Positions 49,745-59,700 of a stretch of DNA of 64,000 bases are shown in pieces. This DNA comes from Rhizaria sp. SCN 62-66 (lineage: Eukaryota), in NCBI GenBank assembly GCA_001724265.1, contig MEDY01000042.1:124001-188000 (forward strand). The letters are read 5' to 3'. Under the pieces are notes generated by a model. It saw nothing but the letters and a program-made list of their open reading frames with translations, was not told the origin of the DNA and ran no database searches. The translations under genes were made by a program, and so were the position numbers. The stretch's first letter is position 1, and every line of letters starts with the position of its first letter.

Positions 49745-52700
49745 TTAGTTGAGCTGCAACTGCGACGTCAGCCGTGCAATCTCTTGATCCTGCTCAGTCG
49801 CCAGTGCCGCGTTCACTGCAGCCACGTTGGGCATCGTCTCCACAGTCGCGGCCAGCGCACCAGCGTCATCGGCAGTCGCGGCACCCGCGGCACCCGCGGC
49901 GGCGGCTGCTTCGGCCTCGGCGTCATCCCGAGCCGCCGCCTCCGCCTCAGCCTCGGCCTCAGCGACGGCAGCCTGGTCGAAGCTCGCGATCTTAGCCTTC
50001 AACACACCGCGCTCGCGCTCGAGCTGCCGCACGCGCGCCAGCAACGCGTCGTTGCCCTTGCCGGCCGCCGCCGCAGCCGCCGCCTGTTGCTCCGCCGCAG
50101 TCTTCGCAGCGGTGAGCTGTGACTGCAGAGTGACAAGCTCGCTGCGGACCTTCGCCCGCAGCCCCTGCTTGGCGGCCGCGGCGTCGCGCCGCTGCTGCTG
50201 CTGCTGCCGCGCGTAGCTCACGGCGCGCTTGACGATGTTGTTGGTCACGGCGCTCTCGGCAGCCATCGTGCGGCGCGTGCTGAAGCTCCAGTCGACCTCT
50301 TGCTCACGGTCGCTCGCCGTCGCCGTGCGCGAGGCCAGCACGGCCTCCCAGCGGCGACGCTTCCACGCGAGCAGCGCGGCCTCGCGCTCGGCAACAAGCA
50401 CGGCCCGGTTGACCACGAACGGCACCGAGTCGCGGTCGCCATCGGCCGCATCCAGGTTGCTGTAGGCGTCGACGCGCACGCGGACGACGCCGGTGCGGTC
50501 ACCGCGGCGCGTGTGGGGCGCCGGCGCGGTCGGGTGCATCGACCTCGCCGCGAGCAAGGCGGCGGAGCGCGCGGCGGCGGCGAGGTGGTACTGTGCACAG
50601 CCGCGGGAGCAAGAGCAATAGCACTCCGCTGTCGTCGGGACGCAGGGGGCGGAGCCCACAGCGGCCGCTGCGGGGGTCGCGGAGGCCGCGGCGGTCGGGT
50701 AGCGGCAGACTTGGCCCGGGCGCGCGGCGGAATGGCCGGCGCCGCCGCAGATGCAGGTACAGGGCTCGCCGTGGGCGTAGCAGCCGTCGCTCGGGTCGGG
50801 GGCGCTGTTGTGGAGGACGTTCGCGATGCCACTTGTGTTGTACAGACTCGAGCTCGAACTGGAAGGACGAGTTGTGGCAACTGCACTTGTGACAGTGTTC
50901 GGAATAGCGCCGGAGTTGTTGTTGTAGATGCTGGACGGGAGAGGGACGCTGCTGCCGGTAACCGCGGCGGCAGGGCACTGCTGTGCAGATTTCGAGTAGT
51001 CGGCCGCCGTCTTGCGCGGGAAGCCAGGCGCGGGCGGGAAAGTGGCGAGATCAGCCGGGGTGACTGCGAGCGCGTCGCTCGCGAGAGCGCTGTACCGGCC
51101 GGAACTCATGAAACTCGTGAAAGGGGGGTTACTATAGTGATAGTTATAGATAGAGTTAGAGTTATAGCCTGGAGTAGAGTTAGCGGGAGCAGCGTTGGCG
51201 GCGGCACTGTTGTCGGCGGCGGTGGCAGAGGCAGTGCGCGCAGTTGCGGCGAGCAGCGAGGGAACGCGGTCGGGGTGGCCGTGGGCCGCGATGGCGGGGG
51301 GGTGCATCGATGACAGCGCAGCAGAAGCAGCAGAGTGACTGGGAGCAGATGGGTGACTGTGAGCCGCGTAGCCGCCTGGCGACGAGTGACCGTGAGACGA
51401 GAGGTGACCGTGGGCAGCATGGTGACCGTGAGCTGCGGGACTGTGACTATGATTGTGAGCCAGGTGACCGTGAGCAGTGATGTCAGGGTGACTGTGAGCA
51501 GCAATAGGTGACGAATAGCTATAAGAAACACCAGTCGTTAGACTACGAGCGGCAACAGTTGGAGTGTTCGGTGACACGGGGCTTAAGCGAGAGTCAGAAC
51601 TGGTAGTTAAGCTTGAAATTGAGCTATATCTAGCACTATCACTAGCAGGCGAGTTACTCTCGCTATGCTTAGCTTCCATCTCAGCCTCCACAGTTGCAGT
51701 CGCGTTCGTGGTCGCAGTCGAGGTGGCAAGCGGAGTGATCGCATCACCGCCGCCGCCGTAAGCGCCGTTACTAGCGGCAGTGTAGCGAGGAACACTCGCG
51801 TCCGTACTCGTGTCGCTTGCGGCAGCGCCTGCTGAGCTGCTAGTCGTATATGGGATGACGATTGGAGAGCCAGCGAGGGGAGCGTGCGTGTTGTCATAGT
51901 AGCTGTGGCCACTCTGCTTCGTGAAGCCGTTGCTGCTCGCCACTGAGCCAACGCCAAACCCGACGCCGACACCGCCAGAACTGGCAGCAGCAGCGGCAGC
52001 GGCGGCGGCGGCGACCGAGGGCGACAGCAGCGGCGGCGACGGCAGAGCAGCGGAGTAGACTGAGTGCACAGTACCGACGGGCGCAGCGTTAGAGCCGGCG
52101 ACGGAAGTTAGGCCGCCTGTGCCAATATAGGCCGCGCCGCTGCTGCTCGAAGTCAAGCCGCCGTGCCCGGCCATCACCGCCATCGCAGCAGCACGCGAGT
52201 TAGGTGTGCTCCCATTGCCACCAATAGCGGCCGCCTCACCCACGGTCGCCCCGCTCAGCCCGCCGTAACTGCTGCTGTTGTTGCTGTTGCTGTTGTTGTG
52301 ACGAGCTGCGCTGTTGGAGCGTTGCGAGCTATTGGTGTTATCGTAAGGTGAGAGCGTGACAAACGCGGTCTGATCCGACGGCAACGACGGGAAAACAAGC
52401 GGTCCGCCCAGAGCTCGGCACGTATAGGGCACTGACGCGTCGACGAGAGTCTGGTATTCCGGCTTATGCTCGCAGCCGCAGGCGCAGTCGTCGCAGCGGC
52501 TGCACGCGCAGTGCACGTCGCAGTTGCAGTCGCACACGGGCCGACCCGCGCGCTGCCGGCCCCGCGCCTCGGGCATCTGTGCGACTGTGCGTGCAACGTG
52601 CTTATTCTGACCGACGAAGTCCTTGGTGTAGACGTCCCGGGCCGCGGCGGCGGCGTCGGCGGTTTGCACGCGACGCACGTAGCGCGCGGCCTTAGGCGAC

Positions 52701-53278
52701 AGCTGCAGCGGGTGCTGGTGCTGCGGAAGGTAGGAAGAATGCAGCGCGGCGGGGGCGGCGGCGCGGGCGGCGGCGGCGGCGCACGCGGCGGCGACGGCGG
52801 CGGTAGACACGGGCGAGTGCTGGACAAGCCTGTCAAGCTCAGGGTTGTACCGCGGGAGCGTAGCCTTAAGCGCGAGGACCTTCTCCTGCTCGTTGTGGGT
52901 CAGCACGCCGATGTACGACTGCCGCGCGGCCGCGCCCGTGGGCTTGGGCTGGGCGGCGAGATACCGGCCCAGATCGGACTCGAGCTGGGGCAAGCGTGTA
53001 CCTGAGGCGAGGTGCGCGGGGACGGCCGTGTGCGGACGCGTGCAGTCGTGCGTAGTGTTGTAGGAACCGTGCGTCGGGTGCAGGTTCGATGTCTCGCGGA
53101 TGAACGCCGCCGACGGGGGGCCGCATTCGGAGCGGTAGTGCGCTTTGACCGAGAGGTGGGGCGCGTGGGACAGATGCGCAAGATCCGCGGCGGCGGAGTA
53201 GCTTCCTGGCGGTGCATCCACGGGGAGGGCAAAGGTGACGTGGCGGGAGCCCGCCAGGGCGGAGTCGTGGGCGGACAT
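49745..53278 (-). CDS. Hypothetical protein, 1,177 aa, with two Cys-rich clusters, His-rich repeats and a C-terminal coiled coil
   Basis: Single long ORF from ATG 53278 to TAA, bounded by AT-rich spacers; no family recognised. Confidence 0.8.
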   Translation of the reverse strand: MSAHDSALAGSRHVTFALPVDAPPGSYSAAADLAHLSHAPHLSVKAHYRSECGPPSAAFIRETSNLHPTHGSYNTTHDCTRPHTAVPAHLASGTRLPQLESDLGRYLAAQPKPTGAAARQSYIGVLTHNEQEKVLALKATLPRYNPELDRLVQHSPVSTAAVAAACAAAAARAAAPAALHSSYLPQHQHPLQLSPKAARYVRRVQTADAAAAARDVYTKDFVGQNKHVARTVAQMPEARGRQRAGRPVCDCNCDVHCACSRCDDCACGCEHKPEYQTLVDASVPYTCRALGGPLVFPSLPSDQTAFVTLSPYDNTNSSQRSNSAARHNNSNSNNSSSYGGLSGATVGEAAAIGGNGSTPNSRAAAMAVMAGHGGLTSSSSGAAYIGTGGLTSVAGSNAAPVGTVHSVYSAALPSPPLLSPSVAAAAAAAAAASSGGVGVGFGVGSVASSNGFTKQSGHSYYDNTHAPLAGSPIVIPYTTSSSAGAAASDTSTDASVPRYTAASNGAYGGGGDAITPLATSTATTNATATVEAEMEAKHSESNSPASDSARYSSISSLTTSSDSRLSPVSPNTPTVAARSLTTGVSYSYSSPIAAHSHPDITAHGHLAHNHSHSPAAHGHHAAHGHLSSHGHSSPGGYAAHSHPSAPSHSAASAALSSMHPPAIAAHGHPDRVPSLLAATARTASATAADNSAAANAAPANSTPGYNSNSIYNYHYSNPPFTSFMSSGRYSALASDALAVTPADLATFPPAPGFPRKTAADYSKSAQQCPAAAVTGSSVPLPSSIYNNNSGAIPNTVTSAVATTRPSSSSSSLYNTSGIANVLHNSAPDPSDGCYAHGEPCTCICGGAGHSAARPGQVCRYPTAAASATPAAAAVGSAPCVPTTAECYCSCSRGCAQYHLAAAARSAALLAARSMHPTAPAPHTRRGDRTGVVRVRVDAYSNLDAADGDRDSVPFVVNRAVLVAEREAALLAWKRRRWEAVLASRTATASDREQEVDWSFSTRRTMAAESAVTNNIVKRAVSYARQQQQQRRDAAAAKQGLRAKVRSELVTLQSQLTAAKTAAEQQAAAAAAAGKGNDALLARVRQLERERGVLKAKIASFDQAAVAEAEAEAEAAARDDAEAEAAAAAGAAGAATADDAGALAATVETMPNVAAVNAALATEQDQEIARLTSQLQLN
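51335..51500 (-). repeat. Cluster of GCTCACRGTCAC / CACRGTCAC units encoding AHSH/AHGH repeats
   Basis: Perfect copies at 51353, 51422, 51464 and 51488 plus several degenerate ones. Confidence 0.85.
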
Positions 53279-53651
53279 AAGGCTCGTCGGAGTCGGGAGG
53301 ACGGGGCTCGCGCGGGAGCGGGATGGGGGAAGAGAGGGTCTGTGTAGCCTGGTTGAAGAAGATGTCTGTGGAGAAAGAAAACGTATTTACAAGTGAGTAA
53401 ATTGAATCACTGTAAAACGGCAATGTGATCTATTGAGAAATTGTAGAAACACTTGCGTTGACGGAGTTTTCTGAGGTGTGGAGACAAAGAAAATCAGCTC
53501 GGTTTCGTCGCTGCCAGACTGGGCCAGTCGAGCACCGACCAGCCCGGTGGCTCCAACTTGGGGGGTCTGTGACGGCAACCTCGCACCCTTCTGACAAAGT
53601 GTGACAACATCCGTTAAACCGGCCCGCGCTTTGCACCAGGGTACATCTCGT

Positions 53652-55963
53652 ATGTTTTCCTCCGTTGCGCGAATTAAGTCATGCTCGCGTGCGGTATCGC
53701 GTCTTTCTGGTGCGGTCAAGTCGCCTTTCGCGACAGGTCTGTCGTTGCGCCACGCCGCCGCCGCCGCGCGCGCTGCGCCCGTGCCCCGCACTGCCCCTGT
53801 CCCTGATGGCCCCACTGCGCTCCTTGCATGGGGCTCGGATAGCGCCTCCGCGCTTGGCAACGGCAGCTACGACCTCTTCCGCAGCGCAATCCGCCCTATC
53901 ATCCTGCCCCCCAACGCTTACGCCCCCGCCGCCGCCGCGTCCGTCGACTCCGCCTCTGCTGCGGACGCTCCCGGCGCTGCTGCGAGTGCAAACGCAGTGC
54001 CCACGTTTGCCGAACCCGAATCTGTGGTGGATGTTGCGACCGGCTGGTCCTCGTCGCTCGCCGTGACGTCCTCGGGCGCAGTGTACCAGTGGGGCTCGAT
54101 GGCCACTCTGCGCGACACCATCTCGGCTGCGATGTTCCGCGGACGCACGCCCAAGGTCTTCCGCGCGTTCCAGAATTTGACGTTCATGGGGCGCATGGCA
54201 AACCGGAGCAGGGCGCCGCGACCCGTGCAGATGCCGCTGTTTGGCGCCAAAACACTCGAAGACCTCGCCAAAAAGGTTGGAGACAAGCAGGTACGCAAAC
54301 CTACTATTGTACTTTATTATTTGCTGAATATACTTTATTTTTGTGTTGTATCTCTGTATTTGGCATCTAAACATATTATATTATCCTGTAAATATTATAT
54401 CTTCGTGCTATATCTTCTCAATTGCAGATGGTGCTGACTGAGAACTCGGAGTTCGACCCCGAGTCCCTGCACGTGACCCAGGTCGCCGTGAGCGCCGAGA
54501 CCTCCGCCGCGGTCACCAAGGGCGGATTTCTCTTCACCTGGTCGACCTCCGGCGACACCGTCGGCACTCTGGGCCGCGCTATCGCCGCGCCCAAGGCGCC
54601 GGCGGCGGACGACATCTCACTGGCCGAAGTCTTCGCGCGCGCGACCAACATCATCACTCTGTCCGCGTCCGCGCTGTCAGCCCCGCAGGTTGTGCCGGCG
54701 CTCATCGGCAAGCACATTACCGCCGTCGCCACGGGCTTCCACCACCTGCTCGCGCTGTCAGACGAGGGTGAGGTTTTCGCGTGCGGCAAGGTCGAGACCG
54801 GTGCTCTGGGCCTGCCGTTTGAGTTCCTGGACCGGGGCCAGGGCCGCTTCGTCGACACACCGCGCAGCGTCACGGGCGCCGTTGCCGGGTTTATGGCCGA
54901 GATCCGCGACGCCGCGCAACTGCAGCAGCTCCGCGTTGAGCAGGCCAAGGCGCGGTCCAAGGCCGACGCAGGCCGCGCGCAACATCACAACATCATCAAG
55001 AGCAAGAGCGGCGACACAGCCAATTCCGCTAATAACAATAGCGTCGCGACTGTGCAGGTGTCCGAGGCGTCTCCCTACGCGGCGGCCGACGCGGACGCCG
55101 CGGACCCGACCCAGCTACCGCGGGGCGTCATCGGCGACATCGGCAAGGTCACGGCTATCGCGGCGGGCTTCGCTCACTCTGCGTTCCTCGGCAGCGACGG
55201 CGCGGTGTGGACGTGCGGCAAGAACAGCCACGGCGAGCTCGGTTTGACCGTGGATCTGGGCGCAGACGTCGTCGATTCGGTCGATTTCAGGCTGCATTAC
55301 CTGCCGACGCGCGTCCGAGGCGCGCTAGAGGGCTACAAAGTGGTCCAGATTGCGTGCGGATATCACCACACCGCCGTGCTGACCGACAAGGGCACGGTGC
55401 TGACGTGGGGCTCGAACCGCCACGGCCAATGCGGCCGGCCGCACGAAGTCCCGACCCTCGCCACCGCGATGGGCAAGAAGGGCAAGCGAGCCGCGCACCA
55501 GGCGTTCGCGCTGCGCGTGGGCGTCGTGCGCATCCCGGGGCTCGGCCAGCCCGACCGCGAGACGGGCGTGCCCGTGACGGTCACCAGCGTCGCGTGCGGG
55601 CCGTACGACACCGCGCTCACGCTGTCTAACGGACGCGTGCTCTTCTGCGGGTCGTATCTTGATGAGAAGGGCCTGAAGCGGCCGCCGTTTGCGCTCGGGG
55701 AGTTCGACTCGCTCGCCACCACGCCGCCAGCCACCGCGGCGGAGAATATGAGCCAAGCAGTGCAGACGGCGATTGAGACAGGGGCACAGGCGGCGGCACA
55801 AGCGATTGCGACAATCTTCAGCAAGGATGCCGTGTCGCCGGCGGTGCGGGAGATGGACACGACTGCCAGTGCGGCGAGCGACGAGGGGAATAAGAGGTAT
55901 TTTGCGCAAAAGATTGTGATGGGGATTAATTATGCGTTTGCGCTTGGGAAGCCGCGCGGCTGA
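53652..55963 (+). CDS. RCC1-repeat protein with probable mitochondrial presequence (RCC1L/Fmp25-like), ~724 aa; exons 53652-54290, 54428-55963
   Basis: RCC1 repeats ITAVATGFHHLLALSDEGEVFACG, IAAGFAHSAFLGSDGAVWTCGKNSHGELG and IACGYHHTAVLTDKGTVLTWGSNRHGQCG. Arg/Ser/Ala-rich N-terminus MFSSVARIKSCSRAVSRL. Intron GTACGC...CAG; ends TGA. Confidence 0.9.
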
Positions 55964-56759
55964 AGAAGCGAACTCACTTGAACAAACAGCAGCAAAGCTC
56001 TGCAGGATGCGTTTTGATTCTTAACAGGTGTATATTTATATAAACCTACCTGCAATTGCATGGTCAGTGACTTGTAATATTCTAGAATACATTGTACATA
56101 TATGTTATCTACATTGTCAATCGTTCATGTCACGTTCCCATTAGCAGATGGTCCACTTTTAAATCGTTTGGGCTTGCCAACTTTTGTTTTCCTCGAAAGG
56201 AATGTTAAGGACATAAGCTAGCAAAAAAGTGGCGAAAGTGATATCGATTCAAAGATTAAGTACGAAAAATAATGGACATATGCAAATAACAATTTGACTT
56301 GAAGGTCATAACGTTTCGGCATATATCAACATGAAGTTGTAAATATCGCCCGGCGCTTCAGTTTCGGTGACCGAACAAGTGACAATCATTTCCAGTGACA
56401 TGCTGAATCAACCGAGGTTTTGGGTTTTTTTCTTTATTTTTTTCGGGAACTTTCAGCGTACACATACCTATCGTGACGCGAGTAATTAGCAGGGTCAGAA
56501 AATACAGTATTTTCATTCAACAATAAGTGTGTAATAAAAACAACGATGATTAATGACCTCGAACTTGTCTCTGACATTTACACAGGGGAGTTTTGCAAAG
56601 TCCGAAAGGGCAATCAAAAGATATAAGACAGACGAAAACGTAATGAAAGACAGAAAAAACAAACATTTACTTTACAAATATATCAGACGCCCTGTCGTGA
56701 GTCAAACACACTTCAGCAGCACTCTCCCTGCTGATCAGCAGCAGTGAAAGAATAAACCT

Positions 56760-59700
56760 TTAGCGTCTTCTTGCAGCAGCAGCGGCCACCGCAGGCGCGT
56801 CTGCGTTTGCGATCGCGTGGCCGCGGTCGGCCTTGCCCGCCGCGCCCTCGCGCCGGCGCCAGAGCAGCGCGACGGTGGCCGCGGCGACCGCGAGTACTGT
56901 CACGAGTACCGGGTTCGCCGAGAACTCGGGGCTCGCCGCCGACGTCGCGCTGCTGCGCGGGTAGCGGCAATACCCGCTCTCGCAGGATGTGGACAGGCAG
57001 TCGCGGTGCGCGAGACACGGCACGGCGTCTTCGCAGCTCTGGCAGGACGCGCCGCCGCAGTCGATGTACGTCTCGGTGTCGTCGAGCTCGACGTTATAAC
57101 ACGTGGTGGGCAACGCAACCTGCACGGCCTCGGAGATAGTCGTTGTGCCGGTGCCAAAGCGGACGTTTGCGGCGCTGCGCATGGTGGGAATGATTGCACT
57201 AAGAGCGGTGAGCAGCGGTGTGATTGAGCCTGCGATCATCGTCCCGCCGTACTTGGGGATGACAGTGAACTGCAACGAGACCGCGGTGGAGCCCGCCACG
57301 CGCCACTGCTTGTGCAGGCGGACCGAGTGGATGAGAGAACCCGTGAGGTACCCACGGGCTGCGGCGAGCAGCTCGCTGCGCTGGGTTGCTGTAAGCACGT
57401 CGGCGTTGCTGGCTGTGACTGTGATCGCGGCGACGAAGGAGTAGTCGGTCAACGGGCTGGTCGGCGCGGTAGCCTCTGGGATTTCGACAGCAAACGCCAT
57501 TAGCACAGGGCTGTACGATGGGGTATACGGCACCATCACGATCGGGGAGTAGCTCAATGTGACAGTCAAACTAACACTGGTGTACGCCGACGGTGTCATT
57601 ACTGACGGGCATGTGAGCAAAACACTGCCGGCAGTGATCTTGTCACCGAGAGTCATCACAAGTGTCGGCGCAACCCCTGGTGTCGATACCACTGTTGCGG
57701 CAGTTGTCGTGCCATTCGAGGTGACAACGCACGTGGTAACCGTCGACACGTCCCAGTCTGACGACGGGAACTCGAGCTTGATCTTACCCAGCTTCGGTAC
57801 ACTAAACGGCAACGACAATATCGCTACGGAGATCTCAACTTGCGTGCCCAGCGATAACGGGCTTAGCGTTACAGCAGACGTGACCGCCACAGTCGCAGGG
57901 TCCCAAGAGCCTGAGACAGAGACGCCTGGGGACGCGACTGCCTGCGGTGCGCCGAGCTCCTGGGTCTGCATGCGGCCGTCGACCTGCGCAATCGGCAGCG
58001 CTGCGGTGGTGTCAAAGTAGCCGCAGCGGAGGAAATGCACGCTGTTGGCATTAATGCCCACGGCGGGGTCAGGCGTGACTCGCAGCGCGCGCTCGCCGTT
58101 GAGCATAATGATGGACGCGAACGCCATAGTATCGGTGTCAAGATAGCACGTGAAACCGCCGGGCAGAATGGCCGGAAATGAAGGACCGACCGTGAGCTCG
58201 ATGACGGTGTCGGTGTCGGGCCGGTTTGCGAGCGAGAACTCGGCGTATACAATTGCTGCGTTGCTGCCAGAAATTGTGGGTTGGTACGGGAAGATAAGCG
58301 TGCCCGTGGGCGTAGTCAGCGGGGTAATTAGCACTGCCGGCGCAGTGGTAGCGCTGGGCGCATTTGCCATCACAGTGCGACCTAAGGAATCCTCGAGGCG
58401 CCAGAGGGCGTCTGCAGATGTTGTCGCAGCAGTGACCGCGGACGGTGCGCGCGCAGGCGAGCAGTACACGTTGAGGTCAATGCGCGGCAGTGAGGTTGTG
58501 CTATACGCAAACGTGGGAATGCCATTAGGTATCGTGATCGCAACGGAAGGGCCGCTGAACGTAAGCAGCGGTGACTGCAGCAGCGTTGTCGCAGTGCCGT
58601 TAACAATAACGCGCACGTTGCATTTGGCTGAAGGCAGGTTTAGCATCCACGGCGCGCCGCCGCCAAGCGGTGTCGGCGGTGTAAAATGCAGCACATCGCC
58701 CGCAATCGGCGGCAGCGGCAGCTTCGTCATGTCGATATTGAGACCCATCTGCTGGCTTGTGTAGACCGGAGTAACGGAACCCGACAGCGTGAGCACCGAT
58801 ATTGTGGTCATTTCAACCGGCACGGGCGCGGTGAGCACCGTAGCGCTGCTCGCGAGCGCGCGGGACACGAGCGTGTTGCTGACGTACGCGCCTGCGGCCT
58901 GCAATGTGGCATTGCTGCTGAACGGGTAGCGGCCCGCCTTGACGCGCATGATGTGCGTGCACGTGATCTTTGTGGAGACAAAGTCGCCTGGGAACCAATC
59001 GTCGTAGGCGTAGCCGTCTGTGGCCAGCGCGGGCGGCGGGACGGTAAGGGCGCCATTACTTCCCCACTGACTAGAGATGACCGGCGCGCCCAGGAAGAGC
59101 GAGACTGCAAGCGCGTCGAGAGTTAACCGCAGTGTAGTGCCCTGCACCTAAGTTGCAACTGCGTAGGTTGATGTGTCAAGGCCAGAGAGGGTGTTGTAGC
59201 TGTACGCGACTGAACATTGAGTGCTAGCGGCACCGGTAAAACCGTCGGGTAGCGCGAGCAAGAGATAGTCGCTTTGCTCGAGCGACGCGTTCACAGACTG
59301 CATTGAGATAACGAGATTTGCCGTGCCGTTAACAACGGTGCCGTCGTACTGATAGAGCAGCTCCTTGCCACCGAGCACCGCCATCGACGCCGCAGGGACA
59401 GATGACGCGGTGCCAGTCATGTCGTAACCAGCCAAATCATCACTGGACGAGAGGCGGAGCGGAACCAGCGTGATAATCTCCTTGTCAACTGTGCATGAAA
59501 ACGACATGACTTGGTTCGGTAAGTAAAGCAACCCATCAGTGAGAACAATGGCAAACATGCCTGCGTCTTCAGCGTCGCGGCGAGTCTCGACGATCATACC
59601 GTTGACCATGCACACAATGGACGAGTTGTACGCAAATCGCTGCTGACTTGCGCCATACACAGTGACAATGGTGCCCTCGGGGAATCCCATGTCGGAGTCA

